From a virus (taxonomy: Duplodnaviria > Caudoviricetes), in IMG/VR virus record IMGVR_UViG_3300032247_000689, positions 31,816-95,815 of that record: a stretch of 64,000 nt of DNA. The stretch is one strand, 5' to 3'. The notes under the pieces were generated by a model. The model saw only the letters and a program-made list of their open reading frames with translations. It was not told the origin of the DNA and did no database searches. Both the position numbers and the translations under genes were made by a program. Below, one piece after another: positions 33,407-41,953 of the stretch. The stretch's first letter is position 1; every line of letters starts with the position of its first letter.

Positions 33407-34993
33407 ATGGAGCTAATAGACGACCAAGACGAAGAGTTTTTTCCCGATATCAATAATGATGAGGAAGAGCTACAGCCAGAAGACGAAGAGATAGAACTGG
33501 ATGAGCTCTCTGCTGAATTCGTACGCAAGCTTGTGGACCGCTGCATCCAGTTTATGAATACCCTTGTGGGGCATGAGCTTCATCCATACCAAATGCCTTT
33601 AGCGCGCCGTATCATTGAGTCAGTCATCATTAATGATGGTGAAGAAATTACAGCCCTTGCCGCACGTCAGAGCGGTAAATCGGAGACTATTGCTAACACC
33701 GTTGCTACTCTCATGGTGTTGCTCCCGCGCTTAGCCAAGATGTATCCAGACCTTCTAGGGAGATATAAAGATGGCATCTGGGTAGGTATGTTTGCTCCAG
33801 TTGAAGGTCAGGTAGAAACTCTCTTTGGCCGTACAGTAAATCGCCTTACATCGGAGCGCGCTCTTGAGATTCTTGGCGACCCCGAGATTGATGATTCTCT
33901 AGGAAGAGTGCCTGGCGTGACGCGCCAAATCAAACTTAAGAATTCAGGCAGTAGCCTTATGATGATGACCGCTAACCCTCGCGCAAAGATTGAATCTAAG
34001 TCTTTCCATCTCATTGTTATTGACGAGTGTCAGGAGGCAGATGACTTTGTTGTATCTAAATCTATTAGCCCTATGCTTGCATACTACTCAGGAACTATGG
34101 TTAAGACAGGTACGCCAACAACAAGTAAGAATAACTTTTACCGCTCTATTCAATTAAACAAACGTCGACAGACTACCCGAGGCAAGAGACAGAACCACTT
34201 CCAATGGGACTGGCGCGATGTATCCAAGTTCAACACAAACTATGCCAAGTTCATTAAGAAGGAGATGCTGCGCATTGGTGAGGACTCAGATGAGTTCCAG
34301 ATGTCGTATAGCTGTAAGTGGCTTCTCGAACGCGGCATGTTCGTTACCTCATCTGTTATGGATAAGCTTGGCGATACCTCTCAAGAAGTCGTCCGCGCAT
34401 GGCACAGGACTCCTGTAGTTGTGGGTATTGACCCTGCGCGTAAGATTGACTCTACCGTTATTACCGTTGTGTGGGTTGACTGGGATAGACCAGATGAGTT
34501 TGGTTACTTTGACCATCGCGTTCTTAACTGGATGGAGCTTCAAGGTGATGACTGGGAAGACCAATACTTCCAAATTATAAAGTTCTTAGAAAGCTACGAT
34601 GTTATGTATGTTGGCGTAGACGCCAACGGAGTTGGTGATGCAGTAGCTCAGCGCCTCAAACTTCTTCTTCCTAGAGCAGAGGTTATCTCTGTAGGCAGTA
34701 GCCAGCCAGAACAGTCCAAACGTTGGAAGCACTTAAAAGCGCTTATTGACCGCGAGATGATTGGTTGGCCTGCTCATGCTAAGACCCGCCGCCTTCGTAC
34801 ATGGAAGCGTTTCTATCAACAGATGACCGACCTAGAAACCAAGTTCACTGGGCCTAACTTCCTTGCTAAGGCGCCAGATGAAGCCCACGCCCATGATGAT
34901 TATGCGGATTCTTTAGCAATTGCTTGCTCTTTAACTATGGATATGACTATGCCTCAGGTAGAGGTTTCCTCATCCCCGTTCTTCTTTAGATAA
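33407..34993 (+). CDS. terL: Terminase large subunit
   Basis: Walker A AARQSGKS, Walker B IVIDE, TGTP, VGIDPA, HDDYADS. Confidence 0.93.
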   Translation: MELIDDQDEEFFPDINNDEEELQPEDEEIELDELSAEFVRKLVDRCIQFMNTLVGHELHPYQMPLARRIIESVIINDGEEITALAARQSGKSETIANTVATLMVLLPRLAKMYPDLLGRYKDGIWVGMFAPVEGQVETLFGRTVNRLTSERALEILGDPEIDDSLGRVPGVTRQIKLKNSGSSLMMMTANPRAKIESKSFHLIVIDECQEADDFVVSKSISPMLAYYSGTMVKTGTPTTSKNNFYRSIQLNKRRQTTRGKRQNHFQWDWRDVSKFNTNYAKFIKKEMLRIGEDSDEFQMSYSCKWLLERGMFVTSSVMDKLGDTSQEVVRAWHRTPVVVGIDPARKIDSTVITVVWVDWDRPDEFGYFDHRVLNWMELQGDDWEDQYFQIIKFLESYDVMYVGVDANGVGDAVAQRLKLLLPRAEVISVGSSQPEQSKRWKHLKALIDREMIGWPAHAKTRRLRTWKRFYQQMTDLETKFTGPNFLAKAPDEAHAHDDYADSLAIACSLTMDMTMPQVEVSSSPFFFR

Positions 34994-35072
34994 TTAGCCG
35001 TTTAGGCTGAAATTTACAGCAATACAAGTCAAACTTTTATCTGAGGTCCTCAACCTTTATAAGGAGATTAAA

Positions 35073-35471
35073 ATGGCAATTGCCCCATCACCAAAGTTCC
35101 CAGAACGTCCAGGAACTGTTTACGACCGTAAGATGTCACCTGCTACACCAGGTCAGCGCGGTCCACTTCGCTTTGAAGAAGGCGTAGCAACAGATACAGA
35201 TGTTCCACAGGAATTCACAAAGGGTGCTATGCAGGGATACGCTCCTGCACCAGGTCGCCCAAATCGCAATCAGAATGTGTTTGAAAAGCTTCCAGAAGAG
35301 ACAATGCGCGAACGTGCACACGTTGGTTCAGCGGCTTGGGTTGAAGCTCCAGAAAACCTTTCTGAGTTTGCAGCAGGTGGTTTTGCAGACCATGGAGACA
35401 ACCGTATCGAGCGCGCAATGCGCAACGGTGGTCCACAGAAGTCTGGCAATCCTGCAGTCGTAACTGACTAA
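35073..35471 (+). CDS. Conserved virion-associated protein
   Basis: SD AAGGAG; lies between terL and portal. Confidence 0.7.
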   Translation: MAIAPSPKFPERPGTVYDRKMSPATPGQRGPLRFEEGVATDTDVPQEFTKGAMQGYAPAPGRPNRNQNVFEKLPEETMRERAHVGSAAWVEAPENLSEFAAGGFADHGDNRIERAMRNGGPQKSGNPAVVTD

Positions 35472-35536
35472 TTTAAATAACTGCTGGGGTGCCGTGTAGA
35501 CGCGCGGCACTACCAGCGTTTTTAAGGAATTAATAA

Positions 35537-35845
35537 ATGGCACTTATTGCTGGTAAAGAAGTTAAGAAGGCCCCTAAGCAGGAGCCTGCTAATCCAAAAC
35601 TATGGAACATGCTTACCGCGCAAGCGCGTTCAAAGTTCCGTACATATCCTTCACCTGCCGCCGCTCACTGGGTACATTCTCGTTATGTTCAGTTGGGCGG
35701 TAGATTTGTTCCTAATAAAAGCGATGTAGACCCTCGCTTCCGTGATTATGTTCAGGAAGCAAAGGACAAGAAAGAAAAAGAACAAAGACAACAGGTTACT
35801 AAACCTGTTGGTAAACAGCTTATCCGTGGAGAGCGTTTCCGCTAA
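35537..35845 (+). CDS. Basic hypothetical protein (PANPKLW...YPSPAA...GG)
   Basis: Recurrent phage motif. Confidence 0.7.
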   Translation: MALIAGKEVKKAPKQEPANPKLWNMLTAQARSKFRTYPSPAAAHWVHSRYVQLGGRFVPNKSDVDPRFRDYVQEAKDKKEKEQRQQVTKPVGKQLIRGERFR

Positions 35846-35909
35846 GCGTGTCGCTTAGTATATTTGTCGACATTTAGTACCATTAGGGCACTAGTAACGA
35901 AAGAGGTGA

Positions 35910-37640
35910 TTGGTGAGCGGTATTGATTTTTCGCCACCGAGTTATAGAGCTGCCTCATCTGATTTAACAATCTCCATCTCTCCACTTGGATTGGTGGAAC
36001 TGGCGGATGAAGAGTTTGAAGTTCACGGCCCTCGACTAAACCGTTACTCTCTTAACTGGGCCATGTATCTTGGCCATCATTATTCTTATCGCCGTCAAAC
36101 AGGCGAAACACAGATGGTGCTTAATTATTACCGCGCCTTCACAGACTTTATTATCAACTTTACATTCGGCAAGGGCGTTAACTTTCGCAGCCCTAAAGAA
36201 ACCGAAGCAATTGTCCCAGACCTACTAGAGCGCGTGTGGGAAGTAGATAACAACAAGGCAACAGTGCTTTGGGAAATTGGTCAGCAGGGCTCAGTCTCTG
36301 GTGACTGCTTTATTAAGGTGGCTTATGAAGAAGCTTATGTTGACCCTAGCGGTCGTACTCATCCTGGACGTGTTCGTGTCCTCCCTCTCAACTCATCTTT
36401 CTGTTTTCCTGAATTTCACCCTCATGACCGTGAGCGCCTTGTACGTTTTAAACTTAAGTACCGTTTCTGGGGCACGTCGCTTGAAGGAACGCGTCAAGTA
36501 TTTACTTACACGGAAATCTTAACTGATGATGTTATTGAAGAGTACATCAATGATGAACTTATTGATTCTCGTCCGAATCCGCTTGGCACGATTCCTGTTA
36601 TTCATATTCCAAACGTTCGTATTAGTGGTAGCCCTTGGGGTCTTGCTGACTGCTTCGATATTATTAACATTAACCGTTCTTATAACGAAACCGCTACAGA
36701 CATCGCGGATATTGTTAATTACCATGCGGCGCCAGTCACCGTCATCATCGGTGCTAAAGCTTCTCAGCTTGAAAAGGGCGCTAACAAAGTCTGGGGTGGA
36801 CTACCAAAAGACGCCAAGGTAGAAAACCTAGAAGGTGGAGCTCAAGGATTAAAGGGCGCAATGGAATTCCTTGCAATGATGAAGAAGTCCATGCACGAAA
36901 TGATTGGTGTACCTGAGACTGCACTTGGCCAGGCTCAACCTATCTCCAATACATCTGGCGTTGCTCTTTCAATCCAGTTCCAGCCTTTGATGAATCGTTA
37001 CCATCAAAAGATTATTCAATATGCGCATGGGCTTGAGCGCGTTAACGAACTTATTCTTCTTAACCTTGCTCTTAAAGAACCAGAAACATTTATGTGGGAC
37101 CCTAATACAAGCACCGTCCCTCTTAAACCAGGTCAGCTTCCACAGCTTGACCCTAATGACCCAATTACTTATCGTTCTATTGTTCAGTTCCCACAGCCAC
37201 TTCCACTTGATAAATTGATTGCGCTCAATGAAATTCAGACCAAACTATCTCTTGGCCTTGAGTCTAAAGAGGGCGCACTTCGTTCTCTTGGCGAAGAGTT
37301 CCCAATTGAGAAGCTCACAGAAATCCGTCAAGAGCTACAAGATGACGCAGTAGCCGATGGCGCACTTAAGCTTATTCAAACTCAGATTGAACAAGACATC
37401 ATGACCCTTACAGGTCAGATGCCTGCCCCAGTAGGTCCTGGCGGAGCCTCATCTGGCTCATCGGCCTCGGCTGCAACCGCGCAAGCCCCAGCACCTGCTG
37501 CCTCAGGAAACCCTGCAATCATGGATGACACCTTGATTGCAGACCAAATTGGAGACCAAGACCTACGTAACCGATTGGTAACTCAAGCTTATGGTACAAA
37601 ACTTCCACAACGAAGGGTGCCAGAAGGCTACGAGAAATAA
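35910..37640 (+). CDS. Portal protein
   Basis: Position and size; NYYRAFTD, IPVIHIPN, SNTSGVAL motifs of SPP1-like portals. Confidence 0.88.
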   Translation: MVSGIDFSPPSYRAASSDLTISISPLGLVELADEEFEVHGPRLNRYSLNWAMYLGHHYSYRRQTGETQMVLNYYRAFTDFIINFTFGKGVNFRSPKETEAIVPDLLERVWEVDNNKATVLWEIGQQGSVSGDCFIKVAYEEAYVDPSGRTHPGRVRVLPLNSSFCFPEFHPHDRERLVRFKLKYRFWGTSLEGTRQVFTYTEILTDDVIEEYINDELIDSRPNPLGTIPVIHIPNVRISGSPWGLADCFDIININRSYNETATDIADIVNYHAAPVTVIIGAKASQLEKGANKVWGGLPKDAKVENLEGGAQGLKGAMEFLAMMKKSMHEMIGVPETALGQAQPISNTSGVALSIQFQPLMNRYHQKIIQYAHGLERVNELILLNLALKEPETFMWDPNTSTVPLKPGQLPQLDPNDPITYRSIVQFPQPLPLDKLIALNEIQTKLSLGLESKEGALRSLGEEFPIEKLTEIRQELQDDAVADGALKLIQTQIEQDIMTLTGQMPAPVGPGGASSGSSASAATAQAPAPAASGNPAIMDDTLIADQIGDQDLRNRLVTQAYGTKLPQRRVPEGYEK

Positions 37641-37769
37641 TGCTATTTAAGCAGACAATCGCGTAGTAACTTGTCAAAATAAAGACAGTAATATAAACGT
37701 TTGGTCATATGTGCAAAGGGCTCAGGCCCACATTCGGAAAACGACCTCTAGGACACAAAGGATATATGC

Positions 37770-38564
37770 ATGGAAACTGCAGAAAACATGGCTAATGCTT
37801 TTGAAGCAGAAGCAGGAACAGCTCCAGTAGTAAACGTGTCGGGCGTTGACGCGCCGACTGTTACTTCATCGGGAGAAGCTACTAACTCATCTAAGTTCTA
37901 TACTGAAGATGATTTAGCAAAGGTTCGCTCGCAGGAGAAGGACAAACTCTATCCTGAGATTGAAAGATTAAAGGAAGAACTATCTTCTCTTAAAAAGGAG
38001 AAGGAAGAAAAAGCCGCTCGTAAAGCAGCTAAGGACGCCGAGGAATTGGCAACCAAAGAAGCTAAACAAAAAGCTAAGCTTGAAGATGACTTGGACGCCA
38101 AGGAACTCATCAAGATTAAAGAGCAAGAGTGGCAGGAGCAGTTGGAGCGTGAGCGCAATGAGCGTGAACGAGCCTTCGCTCTTCTGGAGCAAGAGAGAAA
38201 GTTTGCAGACCTTCAAGCATATCGCCAACAGGTGCTTGACACTGAACGAGATAACATCATTCCGCAACTAGTTGATTTCATTCAGGGCAGTACTCCTGAA
38301 GAGATTAACACTAGCGTTGAAGAATTAAAGTCCCGTTCACAGAGCATTCTTGAGTCTGCGCAAGCTGCCCTCACACAGCAGCGCAGAGACCAGGTGGGTA
38401 CAAGAGCAACTTTGCCACCCGCTGGACCGCTGGAAACCAATTCGGAACAACGCATGCCTACGGCTGAAGAAATTGCAGCCATGCCGATGAATGAATACGC
38501 AAAAATCCGCAATCGAATCCTAAGCAATCGCGCTCAGGGTAAGAACAGCGGAATTCTGGGCTAA
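37770..38564 (+). CDS. Capsid scaffolding protein
   Basis: Highly charged coiled coil between portal and MCP; C-terminal MPMNEYAKIR. Confidence 0.8.
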   Translation: METAENMANAFEAEAGTAPVVNVSGVDAPTVTSSGEATNSSKFYTEDDLAKVRSQEKDKLYPEIERLKEELSSLKKEKEEKAARKAAKDAEELATKEAKQKAKLEDDLDAKELIKIKEQEWQEQLERERNERERAFALLEQERKFADLQAYRQQVLDTERDNIIPQLVDFIQGSTPEEINTSVEELKSRSQSILESAQAALTQQRRDQVGTRATLPPAGPLETNSEQRMPTAEEIAAMPMNEYAKIRNRILSNRAQGKNSGILG

Positions 38565-38603
38565 CACACAACTAACAACTTACTAACAAGGAGTCATAGC
38601 TAA

Positions 38604-39674
38604 ATGGCATCAAGTATCACAGGTACAGGCAATCTTGCCGCGTCACCTACAGCTTACTCAGGTACCAACACCCAGCTAACTCAAGCGATTCAGACAATCT
38701 GGTCTAAGGAAATCCTTTTCCAGGCTATGCCTATCCTTCGCTTTGAGCAGTTCGCAGTCAAGAAGACTGAACTCGGTGTTGCTCCTGGTCTTCAAATCAA
38801 CTTCATGCGTTACAACAACCTAGGTTTTGCTACACCTTTGGTTGAAGGTGTACGTATGACAACTAACGCGTTGACAGCACAGCAGTTCTCAATCACAGTA
38901 TCAGAGCATGGTTATGCTCTTGCTGTTTCAGAACTTCTTCTCAACGCATCATTCGATGACGTAATGGCTTCAGCCTCACGTCTTCTTGGTCGTAACATGG
39001 CTATCTATCTAGACCAGCTTTCACGCGACACCCTTTATGCAGCAACCTCAACCATCTACGGTGAAGACCGTTCAAGCCTATCAGCTGTTAACAACTGGTA
39101 TGCAGATGGCACAACTGCTTCTTCACGTGCGCAGATGACAGGTACATTCTACCTAACACCTCACACAGTTAAGGATGCAGTAGAGACACTTGCAACAAAG
39201 AACATTCCAAGACTCGGAGAGACTTATGTCTGCTTCGTTCACCCACACCAGTCACGTCACCTTCGTGATAATCCTGAATTCATTGAAGTAACCAAGTACG
39301 CAGCACCTGGTAACTTCATGCTCGGTGAAATCGGCCGTCTCTATGACGTTGTCTTCATCGAAACAACTCAGGTCCTTAAGGTCGCTGGCGGTGCTGGTAA
39401 CAGCTACAGCGCAGATTCAGCTGTTGCTAACCCAACAGTAACTCCTGGTGGAGGATACACAACCCCAGCTACCTACACAGGTAACGGTGGTTCAGACCGC
39501 TATTCAGCTATCTTCATTGGAGATAACGCATTCGGTCACGCAATCTCACTTCCAGTCGAACTCCGCGATGGCGGTATTCTTGACTTCGGTCGTGAGCATG
39601 CACTTGCTTGGTACTCAATCTTTGGACTTGGTCTAATCACAGACCAGTCTGTAATCATTGCAGAAACCAACTAA
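38604..39674 (+). CDS. Major capsid protein (N4-gp56-like)
   Basis: PLVEGV, VHPHQ, GEIGRLYDVVFIET; strong codon bias; downstream terminator. Confidence 0.9.
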   Translation: MASSITGTGNLAASPTAYSGTNTQLTQAIQTIWSKEILFQAMPILRFEQFAVKKTELGVAPGLQINFMRYNNLGFATPLVEGVRMTTNALTAQQFSITVSEHGYALAVSELLLNASFDDVMASASRLLGRNMAIYLDQLSRDTLYAATSTIYGEDRSSLSAVNNWYADGTTASSRAQMTGTFYLTPHTVKDAVETLATKNIPRLGETYVCFVHPHQSRHLRDNPEFIEVTKYAAPGNFMLGEIGRLYDVVFIETTQVLKVAGGAGNSYSADSAVANPTVTPGGGYTTPATYTGNGGSDRYSAIFIGDNAFGHAISLPVELRDGGILDFGREHALAWYSIFGLGLITDQSVIIAETN

Positions 39675-39691
39675 TACAATTAAATAGGTTG

Positions 39692-39715
39692 AGGGTGGGC
39701 CTTCGGGCCCACCCT
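39692..39715 (+). terminator. Hairpin after the MCP gene
   Basis: AGGGTGGGCC-TTCG-GGCCCACCCT. Confidence 0.75.
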
Positions 39716-39753
39716 GTCAACTACCGTAACCGAGTTATTAATTAGGAGAACTA

Positions 39754-40116
39754 ATGGCAAAAGCAAAGCCCACTGATGCAACTGGCGTAATGCGTGAGAA
39801 ACTGATGGCAGAAGCCGCAGACGCTCAAGCAGACCGCGCAGTAGAAATGTCTATGGCAACCGCGCAAGCTAAAGTAAAGCTTGAAACCGAGGTCATTGAC
39901 GCAACTGTCCCATCTCGTCAATCTATTATTGTTGATGAGGTCGTTACTGTTTCTAATGCAGACGATTCTGTTGAAGTCCGAGTCATTGAAGATATTGAAA
40001 ACATGACACTTGGAGCAGGAAACAACTACAACTTCAAAGCAGGACAGAAGTATCGCGTAACGAAGCAAGTCGCCCTACACCTTAAGGAAAAGGGTTATCT
40101 AGCGGGAGTTATCTAA
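39754..40116 (+). CDS. Head-associated hypothetical protein
   Basis: SD AGGAG; directly after the MCP. Confidence 0.7.
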   Translation: MAKAKPTDATGVMREKLMAEAADAQADRAVEMSMATAQAKVKLETEVIDATVPSRQSIIVDEVVTVSNADDSVEVRVIEDIENMTLGAGNNYNFKAGQKYRVTKQVALHLKEKGYLAGVI

Positions 40117-40201
40117 GACATACTTAGCGGAGTGGGCGCCTCTTTTTATGGGGCGCTTCTTCGTTTATACAGATATTATTAGAAGGTCAAAGGAGTAATA
40201 G

Positions 40202-41266
40202 GTGGCCAATATCTACGACCTTACCTATAGGGTCCGTTTAGAGTTGGGCGACCAGCCTCAGCAGTTTACCTTTACTGCTACAGGAGACGGCTCAACCACC
40301 GACTACCAACTTCCTTGTAAACCAATAGACCAATACACCTTAACTGTGTATGTTAACGGCAGCCCAGTGCTAGTAGAAACTGGGTATACCTTAGAGGAAG
40401 ACGCTGGGGTTGTTCATTTTGTTCACACCCCGCCTGCAAATGCGGCTATCCTAATCACAGGAAATAAGTTTAGATACTTTACAGATGATGACATCTGTCT
40501 ATTTATCAACACAGCCGTAGAACAACATACCTATAATCGCACAGACGCATTTGGGTCTGTGGTAACGCTGCAATCTATCCCAGCGGTAGAAGAATACCCT
40601 CTTGCTATTTTAGCTGCTATTGAAGCGCTTTGGGTACTAGCAACAGATGCCGCATTTGATATTAACATTACCGCTCCCGACGGAGTTGTAATTCCCCGCG
40701 CTCAACGCTATCAACAGCTTACTGCGATTATTCAACAGCGCTGGGACCAATATAAGCAGTTATGTGCTCAATTAAATATTGGCCTATGGCGCATTGAAAT
40801 AGGAACTTTACGGCGCGTATCTCGCACTACTAATAAGCTTATTCCTGTTTATATCCCACAGGAGGTAGACGATGCCCGTCGCCCAGAAAGAGTATATCTA
40901 CAGAACGATTTGCTAGGCCGTAGCCCAATCCCTTCTTATGTTAAAATCCAAGACTTAATGATTTATCAAGGTGACTCATATGAAGAAGAAATAGATTTTC
41001 CATTTGATATCACAGGCTTACAGTTTAAATCTCAAATTCGTACATATCCAAATGCGCCATCGTTATATGCAACCTTTACTATTGAAACAATATTTGTTTC
41101 AGAGACTTTAAGTAAAATTAAACTATCTTTAACTAAACAAAATACTGCCTATCTTCCAGTTCGCGCATTTTGGGATTTACAAGCTACAGCCGAAGATGAC
41201 GCAACATATGAGGTAACATATCTTCGTGGCCAAGTATTTGTTCAACAGCAGGTGACCCTTGACTAG
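40202..41266 (+). CDS. Head-tail adaptor/neck protein
   Basis: VRLELGD...YFTDDDI adaptor motif split by a beta insert; C-terminal Ig-like domain. Confidence 0.65.
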   Translation: MANIYDLTYRVRLELGDQPQQFTFTATGDGSTTDYQLPCKPIDQYTLTVYVNGSPVLVETGYTLEEDAGVVHFVHTPPANAAILITGNKFRYFTDDDICLFINTAVEQHTYNRTDAFGSVVTLQSIPAVEEYPLAILAAIEALWVLATDAAFDINITAPDGVVIPRAQRYQQLTAIIQQRWDQYKQLCAQLNIGLWRIEIGTLRRVSRTTNKLIPVYIPQEVDDARRPERVYLQNDLLGRSPIPSYVKIQDLMIYQGDSYEEEIDFPFDITGLQFKSQIRTYPNAPSLYATFTIETIFVSETLSKIKLSLTKQNTAYLPVRAFWDLQATAEDDATYEVTYLRGQVFVQQQVTLD

Positions 41267-41942
41267 ACCTAGATGTAGATGTGTAGGTTCCCAACATACG
41301 TGTGGGATTCAAAATACTAATCCAAATGTCATATACGTTGGTCAAGGCGGCCCTAAAGGCGCGCAAGGTGTTCAAGGCGCCCAAGGTGTTGCAGGCGCGT
41401 ATGCTGCACAAGGTATCCAAGGTACTCAAGGTCCTTCTGGCGGTGCTCAAGGTGCTCAAGGTGCTCAAGGTGCTCAAGGAGCAACTGGCGCTGGAACACA
41501 AGGTGCAACTGGGTCTGGAACCCAAGGCGTTCAGGGAAGACAAGGAACTACAGGCACACAAGGTACAACTGGGTCTGGAACCCAAGGTGTTCAAGGTCTG
41601 CAAGGGAGAACAGGTGTACAAGGTGTACAGGGTGTAGCTGGTGGCGGAGTCACCCTACAACAGCTGTCTGATGCTATTTCGGCATCAGCTTTAGGTTCTA
41701 CAGATGATTTACCAGAAGGTATAAGTAATCTGTACTTTAAGACCTCTCGTGTGGCTTACACCCATACGCAGGGTGTTGCCAGCAGTACTTGGGTTGTTAA
41801 CCACAATTTAAGTTTCTACCCTAACGTTACAGTTAAGGATTCTGCTGGTACTATTTATGAAGGTGAAATATCGTATACATCATTGGGCTCACTAACTCTC
41901 ACCTTCTCATCCGCTTTTTCAGGAACAGCATTTTTATCTTAA
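41259..41942 (+). CDS. Collagen-like fibre protein
   Basis: (G-X-Q) repeats; STDDLPEG motif; HTQ..ASSTWVVNHNL domain. Confidence 0.75.
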   Translation: MTRPRCRCVGSQHTCGIQNTNPNVIYVGQGGPKGAQGVQGAQGVAGAYAAQGIQGTQGPSGGAQGAQGAQGAQGATGAGTQGATGSGTQGVQGRQGTTGTQGTTGSGTQGVQGLQGRTGVQGVQGVAGGGVTLQQLSDAISASALGSTDDLPEGISNLYFKTSRVAYTHTQGVASSTWVVNHNLSFYPNVTVKDSAGTIYEGEISYTSLGSLTLTFSSAFSGTAFLS

Positions 41943-41953
41943 GGAGATAAACA

